Positions 1 through 8,700 of a stretch of 64,000 nt of DNA are shown piece by piece (the stretch's first letter is position 1; each line of letters begins with the position of its first letter). The position numbers and the translations under genes are program-made. The stretch covers positions 22,061 to 86,060 of the forward strand of contig CAZUMS010000004.1 in assembly GCA_964621525.1 (NCBI GenBank), read 5' to 3'. The notes under the pieces are model-generated. The model was not told where the DNA came from. It worked only from the letters and a program-made list of their open reading frames with translations, and searched no databases. This DNA comes from an uncultured bacterium. GTDB lineage: Bacteria; JAGRBM01; JAHCIT01.

Positions 1-328
1 GCTGCTTGTCATCGCGGGGGATGTTCAGCGACGAGAAAAGCTGCTTGGCATTAAGGCGGCGGCGGTTCTGGTGCCGCTCCGGGAATTCGAGGGGATGGGG
101 CAGGTCAGGGTTCCGCTGGGTTCCGCGCCGTCCGGTTTCGTACATATCCTTGCGGAGGGCGTCTAGTGCCGAGCCCGCGACAACGGCGAACTCCCATGGC
201 TGCGAGTTGGACCACGAGGGGGCCTTGCGGCCGGCTTCCAGGATTTTCCAGACCAGCGCCGGATCGACCGGCTTGTTTTCAAACTTGCGGACGCTGTTGC
301 GCGCCTCGATCGCCTGCAGGACGTTCAC
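1..328 (-). CDS. nitroreductase family protein (truncated by window edge)
   Basis: Reverse-strand translation from GTG at 328 (preceded by GGAGG) reads VNVLQAIEARNSVRKFENKPVDPALVWKILEAGRKAPSWSNSQPWEFAVV. The NSQPWEF motif is typical of the nitroreductase fold. The ORF runs off the window start. Confidence 0.5.
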   Translation of the reverse strand, partial: MNVLQAIEARNSVRKFENKPVDPALVWKILEAGRKAPSWSNSQPWEFAVVAGSALDALRKDMYETGRRGTQRNPDLPHPLEFPERHQNRRRLNAKQLFSSLNIPRDDKQ

Positions 329-362
329 GGAATGCCTCCCTGCCCTCGTGCAGCGAGGAACC

Positions 363-1304
363 TTACCTGACCGGAGGGCGTCCGCGCCAGAAGGCAGCGG
401 CAAGGGCTCCGGAGACATTCTGCCAGACGCTGAACACCGCCGCCGGGAGTCCCGCTCCCGCCGGGAAGTGCACTGCAGCGAGCGCCGCGGCAAGTCCCGA
501 GTTCTGCATGCCGACCTCGATCGAGACCGTGCGGGCCTCCGTGACGCCGAGCCCCATCAATCTGGCGCAAGACCAGCCGAGCAGAAGGCCGAGGCCGTTA
601 TGAAGCACCACACCCGCCACCAGACTGCCGGGCGAATCCAGCAGCCGGTCACGGCTTCCCGCCACGATGACGGCGATGATGAGGGCCACGAGAAATGAGG
701 ATATACCCGGCAGCCAGCGGTCGGCCGCGTTCCGGATACTTCCGGCATGGCGCCCGGCGGCCATGCCGAGCGCCGCCGGAATCACAACGATCTGGAGGGT
801 ACTTGCCGAGAGGGCCCAGAAGTCCACTTCCATCACCCGCCCCGCGATCAGTTCCGTCCAGAGCGGCGTCACGACCGGGGCCACCACTGTCGAAACCGCC
901 GTCATCGTGACCGAAAGGGGCACATCCGCCCCTGCGAAGTAGGTGATGACATTCGAGGCCGTGCCGCCGGGGCACGCACCCACTAGCACGAAGCCAGCCA
1001 GAGTAACCGGATCGGCGCCGACGAGGCGTGCCGACAGCCAGCCAGCCATTGGCATCACGAGATACTGGAGTCCCAGTCCCACGAGAACGGGCCAGGGCCT
1101 GCGCAGGACCCTCAGAAAATCCGTTCCGGTCAGCGTCACCCCCATGCCGAACATGACGCTGCCAAGCAGCCAGGGAATCCAGGGGCCGAGCGGACGGAAC
1201 AGCCACGGCATAGCCCCTGCCAGGCCGCCGAGCACGGCGATCATCAGAAGAAACAGCCAGACCTGCCTCAGAACCGCCTCCCCCGCGGGAGCGGCGGGCT
1301 TCAA
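363..1304 (-). CDS. bile acid:sodium symporter (BASS/SBF) family transporter
   Basis: 313 aa polytopic membrane protein with the GACPGGTASNV signature typical of the SBF family. Confidence 0.7.
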   Translation of the reverse strand: MKPAAPAGEAVLRQVWLFLLMIAVLGGLAGAMPWLFRPLGPWIPWLLGSVMFGMGVTLTGTDFLRVLRRPWPVLVGLGLQYLVMPMAGWLSARLVGADPVTLAGFVLVGACPGGTASNVITYFAGADVPLSVTMTAVSTVVAPVVTPLWTELIAGRVMEVDFWALSASTLQIVVIPAALGMAAGRHAGSIRNAADRWLPGISSFLVALIIAVIVAGSRDRLLDSPGSLVAGVVLHNGLGLLLGWSCARLMGLGVTEARTVSIEVGMQNSGLAAALAAVHFPAGAGLPAAVFSVWQNVSGALAAAFWRGRPPVR

Positions 1305-1370
1305 GACCCTCTTCCTGCTCCCCGGAGCGCAGTTGTTCCATATGTACCGGCTTTTGGCTACAAGAATACG

Positions 1371-3392
1371 GTGTCAGGGGGCTCTGTGAAGCGAATACTG
1401 ATCGCCGACGACGACAATGCCTACGTTGAGACCATCAGCAGGGCGCTGTCGGAGGATGGCTACGAGATCAAGACGGCGGCCGATGGCCGCACGGCCTTCG
1501 ACCTGTTCAAGGCCGAAGGGTTCGATCTCATCGTCACGGATATCATCCTGCCGACGATGACAGGGGCCGAACTGGTCCAGCTCGTCCGGCTCCAGCCGAA
1601 TGGCAAGAATATTCCGATCATCATGACCACCGGGCTGTTCAAATCGCCCGGCGAGCGGGCCCACGTCCGGGAGATGTACAAAATCTCCGAATACCTGACG
1701 AAGCCGTTTCCCACGGCCGAACTGCTCCAGAAAGTCGTGACGCTTGCAGGTCCCGCCCGGCCGGAAGGCAGGGCGGCGGCCGAACAGAAGCCCGGAGCCG
1801 TGAGCGGCGAGATCGCCGGGGTCATTAACGGTACGGCCACCAGCAAGCTGCTGACCTATATTCACCAGAACAAGGTGACAGGCTACCTGTCCCTCGAGCA
1901 GAACGACTATTTCCGCAAGATCTACGTGATCGGCGGGTTTCCGGTGTATGCGACCTCGAACCTTTCGAGCGAAGTTCTGGGCCGTCATCTCGTCGCCACC
2001 GGAAAGATCAGCCATGGAGACTACGAACGCTCGCTTGAAATTCTTACCCGGACGGCGAGACGGCACGGTGACATCCTCGTCGAGATGGGTCTCATCCGGC
2101 GGGATGACCTTTATTCAGCCCTCAGATCCCAGATCCGCGAGAAGATCCTGAACGCCTTCGGCTGGAACAGCGGCCGCTACTCGCTCCACCGGACCGAGTC
2201 CGAGTTCGCGAATATCGAAGTGTTCGAATACGACATCTACGACATCATGCTGACGGGCGTGCGCCGGTTCTACACGGCCGACATACTGCTGCCCGAACTC
2301 AAGAAGCTGACCGGGCTCCAGCTCCTCAAGGCTGAAAAGTCAGACGCTCTGATCAGCCGCCTGCCCCTCATGCCCGCCGAAAAGATGACGCTTGAGGCCG
2401 TGGATGGCCGCCTGACGCTCGGCGAACTGCTGGACAAGCGCAAGGACCGGCTGCTGTCGGCGCTGCAGGCGATCTATGCGCTACTACTCCTCGGTGTCGT
2501 GCGCGTGCATATCCCCGACCGTTCGGCAGTCGCGGCCAAACCCGCTTCCGAACCGCCCCGATCCGACGCTCATGTAGCCGCCGAACAGGCCCGTATCGAA
2601 CAGATGGTAAAGGAGCAGACGGCGACGCTCCAGAAGGATTTCCAGCAGCAGATCGAGACCATGGACCAGTGGGACCTCTCCGAGGAAGGAGAGCGTCCGA
2701 AGAAGTCCAAGCTCGCCAGTGACATTCACGCCCGGTATGTCGAGGTAATGAAGAGAAACCTCTTCGAGGTGCTCGGCCTCAGTACGAATGCCACTGAAGT
2801 CGAAATCGCCGCCGCCTACCAGCGGGAGGCCTCGCGGTTTCCGCCATTCAGCCTGCCCAGGGATCTTGAACCCGAAGCCCGCCAGGAGGCCGAGGACGCC
2901 TTCGCCCGCGTTCAGCTCGCCCGGGATACCCTGATGGACGATGCCCGCCGGGTTGCCTATCTCGCTGAAATCCAGCAGGCGAAGGAAGTGGTATTGACGC
3001 CCCAGCCCGTCGCCACGACCAGCGATGTCGAACGCTGGTTCGCCAAGGGGCGGGATCTCCTGGACCAGAAAAGATTTTTTGCCGCGAGTGAAGCGTTCCA
3101 GAAAGCATTCGAGCTTGATCCGCACGAGCTGGATTCCTACGCCTTCTGGGCCTGGACCCAGTATCAGGAACAGAAGGAGAGCCTCACTCCGTTCCTGAAA
3201 CGACAGATCCGGGACATGCTGGACGGTGTGCTCCGCGACAACCCAGGCAACGAAGCCGCCAACTGCATGCGGGCGGAAACCGCCCTTGCCGATTCCGAGC
3301 CTGAAACCGCACGCATCTGGATCCAGGCCGCCCTTCAGACGAATCCCATGAGCGCCTGGGCCCGCGAACTGCTGAAGCGGGTCGAGAAATAG
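1371..3392 (+). CDS. response regulator: REC + DUF4388 + J-domain-like segment + TPR
   Basis: N-terminal receiver (ILIADDD ... DLIVTDIILPTMTG ... YLTKPF). Central DUF4388-like block (LLTYIHQNKVTGYLSL ... IYVIGGFPVYATSN). A DnaJ-like helical segment (FEVLGLSTNATEVEIAAAYQREASRF) with no obvious HPD tripeptide. C-terminal TPR-like helices. Confidence 0.7.
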   Translation: MSGGSVKRILIADDDNAYVETISRALSEDGYEIKTAADGRTAFDLFKAEGFDLIVTDIILPTMTGAELVQLVRLQPNGKNIPIIMTTGLFKSPGERAHVREMYKISEYLTKPFPTAELLQKVVTLAGPARPEGRAAAEQKPGAVSGEIAGVINGTATSKLLTYIHQNKVTGYLSLEQNDYFRKIYVIGGFPVYATSNLSSEVLGRHLVATGKISHGDYERSLEILTRTARRHGDILVEMGLIRRDDLYSALRSQIREKILNAFGWNSGRYSLHRTESEFANIEVFEYDIYDIMLTGVRRFYTADILLPELKKLTGLQLLKAEKSDALISRLPLMPAEKMTLEAVDGRLTLGELLDKRKDRLLSALQAIYALLLLGVVRVHIPDRSAVAAKPASEPPRSDAHVAAEQARIEQMVKEQTATLQKDFQQQIETMDQWDLSEEGERPKKSKLASDIHARYVEVMKRNLFEVLGLSTNATEVEIAAAYQREASRFPPFSLPRDLEPEARQEAEDAFARVQLARDTLMDDARRVAYLAEIQQAKEVVLTPQPVATTSDVERWFAKGRDLLDQKRFFAASEAFQKAFELDPHELDSYAFWAWTQYQEQKESLTPFLKRQIRDMLDGVLRDNPGNEAANCMRAETALADSEPETARIWIQAALQTNPMSAWARELLKRVEK

Positions 3393-3448
3393 TTTCTCCC
3401 GCAACCCGCCGTTTGCTCCGCGAAGCCCCGCACCGGTAGTCTCGGCGG

Positions 3449-5797
3449 GTGACCGAAACTCCTCCCGAGGAATCCGCATCCGGGCATTGCCCCAGATGGC
3501 TGCCGGTGACTGTCATCGCCAGCCTGAACCTGCTCGTGTTCGCACGGATTTATCTGGGCAGTGAGTTCCTCTACCTGCGCGATATTCTCGTCAACTATGT
3601 GCCCTACCGGCATTATTTCTACACTCGTCTCGCCGCTGGAGAATGGCCCCTCTGGAACGACCGCGTGTTTGGCGGAATGCCGCTTGCCGGAGATCCGGTT
3701 CTCTCTGCCATCTATCCGCCGCAGCTCCTCTGGCTTCTTCTCCTGAAGCTCCACCCTCTCCATGCCTATGGCATCGTCGCCGGACTCCATTATGCCGTTG
3801 CGCACGCAGGATTTTACCGGCTGTTCCGGAAGACCGCACTCAACTCCCCTGCTGCGCTCCTTGGTTCGGCTGCCGTCGCCTATTCGGGGATCGCCTTCTC
3901 CCTCCACTCGGCGATACAGTTTCTCTATGGCTTCGCACTGCTCGGATGGACAGGTGCGGCCCTGATCGAGTTGCATAGGAATCCCGGCAGAAAAGCAGCC
4001 GCGAGTTTCGCCTTTTGGCTGGGCCTGATCGCCCTCACCGGTGACGCACAAACAGCTTACATCCTGGGACTTGTGGCTCTCGGGATACTGACGGTTGCAT
4101 CCGACCGCAGGCGTGCCGCCACCGCAACCCTCACCGGACTGGTCATCGCCTGCGGACTCTCGGCGGCGCCCATCGTTCCCGGTCTCGAGCTCTCTTGGAA
4201 TTCGAACCGTTCCGAGCGGGTTTCTGCCGAAGCAGCGCTCCAGTGGTCCTGGCATCCGCGGCGAATTCTTGACTGGGCTGCCCCAGGTCTTTTTAACCCG
4301 CCGCCCGCCAATCGTCCGGCCTTCGAGGGGCATGGAACGGGTCCCGTCGAAGGAACTCCCTTCTGCTACCCTGATGCGGCACCCGCTGTTCTTACCCTCG
4401 CCCTGCTCCCACTCGCCATCGCCAGAGCCAGACGGCGAGATCTCTGGCTCTACGGACTCTCAGGCCTGTTCATCATGCTCGCTATGGGCAGACATTTCGG
4501 CCTTTATTCCCTGCTGGGGAAAATCCTGCCCCTCTGGTCCGGCTTCCGTTACCCCGAGCGGATGATTCTGCCCGCTATTATCGTCCTGTCCGTGACAATC
4601 TTCCGTTCATTTGGAATGTGGATATCCGGCGAAGACAACCAGCGGGCCAGCCTCCCGGTACGGGTATCCCTTTGGGGAGCCACCATATTGCTCGTCACGG
4701 CATCTATGTCGGATTCCTTATCGGATGAAATTCTAAAACTCACTGGAGCGATCGGCAGCAACGGCTATTTCCAGCATGTGCAAGCCCGGCTCCTTGTCAC
4801 CGGGCTTCTCTGGGCCGGAGTTGCCGCCGTCCTGAGTCTCAAGCTATCGCCCCTCCGGCGCACGGTGCTGCTTGGAATCGTGCTGCTGTTCCAGATTGCC
4901 GCAACCGCCTGGCGTGGGCACTGGACTGTTTCCCCGGAGACGTTCGGCCGGGAACCTGCAGTCTTCGGTTCACTCGAAAGGGTGCTTCCGGTTCCGCAAG
5001 ACGGCCCACCTCCGCGCATCGTTTCATGGGCCATGCCGACACGGCAGCTGGTGCCCGATACACCAGCGTTGGCTTTTCATCTGTGGAATCATCTCAACCT
5101 GAATCTGGTTCTTCTGACGCCCTACGCGACCACCAGCGGTTACAACTCCTTCTGGCCGGCTGGATACGTCGCCATTCAGCGGGCCACCACTCCGGAAGCT
5201 TTTCTCGACCTGACCGGTATCTCTGCCGGAATTGTCCGCAAGGGGTACCAGTTCGGGAGCCCGGACCGATGGAACTGCCCGGAAGGGACTGAAATGGCGG
5301 ACGCGCAAGTCTGTCTGCGGAACGATTCGCTTCCGCTGGTACGAGCACCGCGGGCCTGGGAAACGGTAGACCGCCTCCCGCCCCGGAACAGCGGATGGGA
5401 TCCTCGTGAAAGGGAATACCTCTCACCGCTGCCCACCGGAGCTACGGCAAAGCCCTCCTCCGGAAGCGCCGGTTCCGGAGCCAGAATCGAGTGGATTTCC
5501 TACAGCCCCGAGCGGCGAAAGGTCCGGATTGCCCACGGCACAGAAGCCCCTCTCGTGCTCGGAGAAAACTGGTTCCCCGGCTGGGAAGCTTCCGTGGACG
5601 GGCATCCGGCCGAGCTCCTGCTGGCCAACGGCTTCCAGATGGCGGTCATGGTTCCGGCAGGAACCCATGAAATCGGATTTCGATACCGTCCAGCCTCGAT
5701 CGAGCTGGGACTGGCGCTTTCGGCAGCATCGATCATCGCCATTGCCGGGCTGTGGATCACGGGACGCCGGGAGCCGGATGGCACCCCACGCGCCTAG
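3449..5797 (+). CDS. large polytopic membrane protein, YfhO-like (putative glycosyl/lipid transferase)
   Basis: 782 aa with many N-terminal TM helices and a large C-terminal extracytoplasmic region. The architecture resembles the YfhO family; assignment from sequence alone is weak. Confidence 0.4.
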   Translation: MTETPPEESASGHCPRWLPVTVIASLNLLVFARIYLGSEFLYLRDILVNYVPYRHYFYTRLAAGEWPLWNDRVFGGMPLAGDPVLSAIYPPQLLWLLLLKLHPLHAYGIVAGLHYAVAHAGFYRLFRKTALNSPAALLGSAAVAYSGIAFSLHSAIQFLYGFALLGWTGAALIELHRNPGRKAAASFAFWLGLIALTGDAQTAYILGLVALGILTVASDRRRAATATLTGLVIACGLSAAPIVPGLELSWNSNRSERVSAEAALQWSWHPRRILDWAAPGLFNPPPANRPAFEGHGTGPVEGTPFCYPDAAPAVLTLALLPLAIARARRRDLWLYGLSGLFIMLAMGRHFGLYSLLGKILPLWSGFRYPERMILPAIIVLSVTIFRSFGMWISGEDNQRASLPVRVSLWGATILLVTASMSDSLSDEILKLTGAIGSNGYFQHVQARLLVTGLLWAGVAAVLSLKLSPLRRTVLLGIVLLFQIAATAWRGHWTVSPETFGREPAVFGSLERVLPVPQDGPPPRIVSWAMPTRQLVPDTPALAFHLWNHLNLNLVLLTPYATTSGYNSFWPAGYVAIQRATTPEAFLDLTGISAGIVRKGYQFGSPDRWNCPEGTEMADAQVCLRNDSLPLVRAPRAWETVDRLPPRNSGWDPREREYLSPLPTGATAKPSSGSAGSGARIEWISYSPERRKVRIAHGTEAPLVLGENWFPGWEASVDGHPAELLLANGFQMAVMVPAGTHEIGFRYRPASIELGLALSAASIIAIAGLWITGRREPDGTPRA

Positions 5798-6300
5798 GCG
5801 ATCAGCTTCTCGATTTTCTGAAGGAAGCGGGTACCGCGCGTTTCGGGCGCGTCTGACGGACGGCCGAGGCGACGCGCCATGAGATCTGCCATACCCCGGT
5901 CCACGCCCATGATCCGCTGAACAAGCGCGAGAATACGTTTCCTGTCGGTACCCGGCAGGGGACCGCGCGCCCGAAGCTTGCGGACGAGTTCCGTCACTTC
6001 GGTCTCAAGCGAGGCGAGCGATGTCATTGAATCCCTGAGATGTGGATTGCGGGTCGGGATCTGTGTCACCTCGCCGTCGTCTCTGGCAGGCACCATCGAC
6101 AACCGCCCCTCGATACGGGCGAGCCGTTCCTCGACCGTCGCCGCGAGGGTGTCGAGTGCCGAAGCAAGCTGCACGGTCACTTCTCCGGCAGGGACCTCGC
6201 CCGGTTCGTCCTCGAAGCGCCGGGGGGTCCTCCGGCGGTCGGCCGGGACAGGAGCGTTCTGCTGGCGGCGGTCGGGACCGCGGACGCGGAATGATTTCAT
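5794..6300 (-). CDS. hypothetical charged/coiled-coil protein, last gene of kinase-FHA cassette
   Basis: 168 aa ORF starting 14 bp after the FHA gene stop. Arg/Glu-rich with a predicted helical region and no recognisable domain. Confidence 0.4.
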   Translation of the reverse strand: MKSFRVRGPDRRQQNAPVPADRRRTPRRFEDEPGEVPAGEVTVQLASALDTLAATVEERLARIEGRLSMVPARDDGEVTQIPTRNPHLRDSMTSLASLETEVTELVRKLRARGPLPGTDRKRILALVQRIMGVDRGMADLMARRLGRPSDAPETRGTRFLQKIEKLIA

Positions 6301-6314
6301 GACTGCTATCTCCT

Positions 6315-7382
6315 TCAGCCGGGACGGCCTTCGAGCAGAAAAACCAGTGTCGTATCTCCGGCGGTAATCCGGTCGCCGGGCGAGAGGCGCGCATATTTTA
6401 CCATCACGCCGTTTACGGCGGTGCCGTTGCGCGAGGCGAGGTCCTTCACGAATATCTGGTCCCTCGACATCAGTTCGATCAGAAAATGCTTGCGGGATAC
6501 CTGCCGGTCGCCGAGCCTGAGGTCGGGAGACTCCCGTCCCACCATCAGGCTGCTGCGCCGGATGTCGATGCGCTTTCCAGTATCCGGTCCCTCGATCACT
6601 TCAAGACCCGCCTGCAGCGCGGCAGGGATAGCCGGAGCCTTCGCCGGCTTCACCCGGCTCATGGATAAGGTGGCGTCGGAGGCCGGTGCTTCGCCGGCGG
6701 GCACGGGCGCGATCCGTACGGGACGGGAGGTAAAATAGAGGAGCCGGGTCTGGCCGATACGCAGTTCGTCCTGGTGACGGAGTGCCGACAGTGTGAAGGG
6801 CTTCCCGTTCAGGAAGGAGCCGTTGGTCGAACCGAGATCCCTCGCTGTCACCGGGTCCCCGGCAGACAGCTCCAGATGGCGGCGGCTCGCCTCGATGTCC
6901 CTGATATTGAGATCGCAACCTTCACGGCCGATCACGAACGGAGAGCGGCGAAGCTCCACCGCCCGGCCCTGCCCCGAACCGTCCAGCACGGCCAGCGTGC
7001 CGAAGTTCCGCTGACCCGGCATCGACACTTCGTCCGGAACCGCGCCCGGCTTCTCAAGCCGGCCGAGGATCGTTGCCGCGCCGATGTCAGGCTCGCCGGA
7101 GCGCTCGTCGAACCCGGTACTATCGCCGGCATCAGGCATCGCATGGGCGGGAACGGCCACAGCGCCGCGGGACCTGTGGGCACCCACTGCCTGGCGCTCG
7201 AACTGCCGCACGCGGGCCTCTTCGTCAATCTCCGCCTGGCGGCGCTTCCAGATATCCTTGAGGTGCTCCAGCGACACTACAAAAGCGTTGAAACATTCCG
7301 AGCAGCGGACAAGCCCTTCATCCACAATCGAATCGATGTCGATCTTCTGTTTGCACCGGCAGGAAGGGCAGAGAACGACCAT
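6315..7382 (-). CDS. zinc-ribbon + tandem FHA domain protein
   Basis: ATG at 7382 preceded by GGAG, 14 bp after the kinase stop. N-terminal C4 zinc ribbon (CPSCRCKQ ... CSEC). Two FHA cores (VIGREGCDLNIRDIEASRRHLEL ... GSTNGSFLNG, and VGRESPDLRLGDRQVSRKHFLIEL ... ASRNGTAVNG). The track ORF 6315..7898 overlaps the kinase gene in another frame, so its first 172 codons are not real. Confidence 0.7.
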   Translation of the reverse strand: MVVLCPSCRCKQKIDIDSIVDEGLVRCSECFNAFVVSLEHLKDIWKRRQAEIDEEARVRQFERQAVGAHRSRGAVAVPAHAMPDAGDSTGFDERSGEPDIGAATILGRLEKPGAVPDEVSMPGQRNFGTLAVLDGSGQGRAVELRRSPFVIGREGCDLNIRDIEASRRHLELSAGDPVTARDLGSTNGSFLNGKPFTLSALRHQDELRIGQTRLLYFTSRPVRIAPVPAGEAPASDATLSMSRVKPAKAPAIPAALQAGLEVIEGPDTGKRIDIRRSSLMVGRESPDLRLGDRQVSRKHFLIELMSRDQIFVKDLASRNGTAVNGVMVKYARLSPGDRITAGDTTLVFLLEGRPG

Positions 7383-7396
7383 GTGCGTCTCCAACC

Positions 7397-8527
7397 CTAC
7401 CGCCCGAGCCACCAGGCAGCGAAGAGAAGAATCAGGCTCCCCGCGCCGGCGAAGGCCCAGGGGATCCAGGCGCTTCGGGACCTTGCAACCCCCACAGACC
7501 TGGCGCTGTAGGTCAGGTTCTGGAACACGCCCTCGATCTGGGAAGGCGGCGGCACTGGCGTCGCATCCCGGGAACGTCTGGGCTCGGCCGCATCTTTTGC
7601 CGGCTTGTCGCCCGGAAGCCCCTTCTTCGCGTAGAAGAGGCGTACCGGACGCAGATCCTCCGGATCGAACTTCCGGAGCTCGGCCGAGAGCTGCGCGGCC
7701 GTCTGAAAGCGCCGCTCGGGTTCCTTCTGGAGTGCCTTCTCGATGATCCGGTCCAGGCGGCGCGGAAGCCGGGAGTTCAGTTCCGACGGGGGAATGAACG
7801 TCCCGTTCACGATCTGGTGTGTGATTGCGGCGACCGTCGATCCCTTGAAGGGCTTCTCGCCGGTGAGGAGCTGATAAAGAACGACACCAAGGCTCCACAG
7901 GTCGCTCCGGCCGTCGATGGCGCGTCCGTCCACCTGCTCCGGCGACATATAGGACGGCGACCCGAGACGCCCGCCCTCCTGCGTGATGGTGCTGCTGGAC
8001 AGCTTGGCGATGCCGAAATCGGCCACCTTCACAATGCGGTCGCCGCCCACGATGAGGTTTGCGGGCTTGATATCCCGGTGGATGATCCCCTTCGTGTGCG
8101 CATAGTCGAGTGCAGCGCCGACCTGCTCTACGACGGAGAATACCTCGGAAACGGCCGGCGGCTCGCCGCCTCGGATCACCTTGTCCAGCGAACGGCCATC
8201 GACCAGTTCCATGACGATAAAGAGCTGGCCGTCGGCCTCGCCCACGTCGTAGACGGTTACGATGTTCTGATGATTCAGCGTTCCGGCGGCTTGCGCCTCG
8301 CGAAACAGGCGCCGGCGGAACTCCTCAAAATGCTCATGATCCGGCGTGACGGTCGACGGAATGGTCTTGATAGCAATGGAGCGGCCAATCCGGGGGTCGT
8401 AGCCCCGGTAGACGATCCCCATGCCGCCTTTGCCCAGTTCGGGCAGGCGGATCTCATAGCGGTCGATGCGCCGGACAGATCCGGCATCAGCGTTCTCGGA
8501 AAAAACAGGTGCGGCACTCTCGGGCAT
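7397..8527 (-). CDS. Hanks-type Ser/Thr protein kinase, C-terminally membrane-anchored
   Basis: GKGGMGIVYRG ... AIK ... HRDIKPANL ... DFG kinase subdomains. C-terminal hydrophobic helix WIPWAFAGAGSLILLFAAWWL. Confidence 0.85.
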   Translation of the reverse strand: MPESAAPVFSENADAGSVRRIDRYEIRLPELGKGGMGIVYRGYDPRIGRSIAIKTIPSTVTPDHEHFEEFRRRLFREAQAAGTLNHQNIVTVYDVGEADGQLFIVMELVDGRSLDKVIRGGEPPAVSEVFSVVEQVGAALDYAHTKGIIHRDIKPANLIVGGDRIVKVADFGIAKLSSSTITQEGGRLGSPSYMSPEQVDGRAIDGRSDLWSLGVVLYQLLTGEKPFKGSTVAAITHQIVNGTFIPPSELNSRLPRRLDRIIEKALQKEPERRFQTAAQLSAELRKFDPEDLRPVRLFYAKKGLPGDKPAKDAAEPRRSRDATPVPPPSQIEGVFQNLTYSARSVGVARSRSAWIPWAFAGAGSLILLFAAWWLGR

Positions 8528-8700
8528 CGGAGGGCTGAATGGTTCCGGCTGCGGGATTTCCGGGCGGGCCGGAAATCCTGTTCATACAGCCTGTCATACC
8601 GCGTCGCCGGTCAAACGGACGGTCGCGGAGCCCTCACACCGGCCATGATCGTCAATCATACGCCGAAGTCGCGAATATTCAAGGTGTTTTGGGAATTACC

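Noticed and set aside
6-698. Track ORFs 6..698 (+), 166..603 (+) and 649..1341 (-) at the window start.
   Set aside because: They overlap the nitroreductase fragment and the BASS transporter in other frames or strands and have junk composition. The real genes are 1..328 (-) and 363..1304 (-).
6315-7898. The full 527 aa extent of the FHA ORF as given by the track.
   Set aside because: Its first 172 codons overlap the Ser/Thr kinase gene in a different frame. A GGAG-ATG start at 7382 sits 14 bp after the kinase stop, so the real protein is 355 aa.
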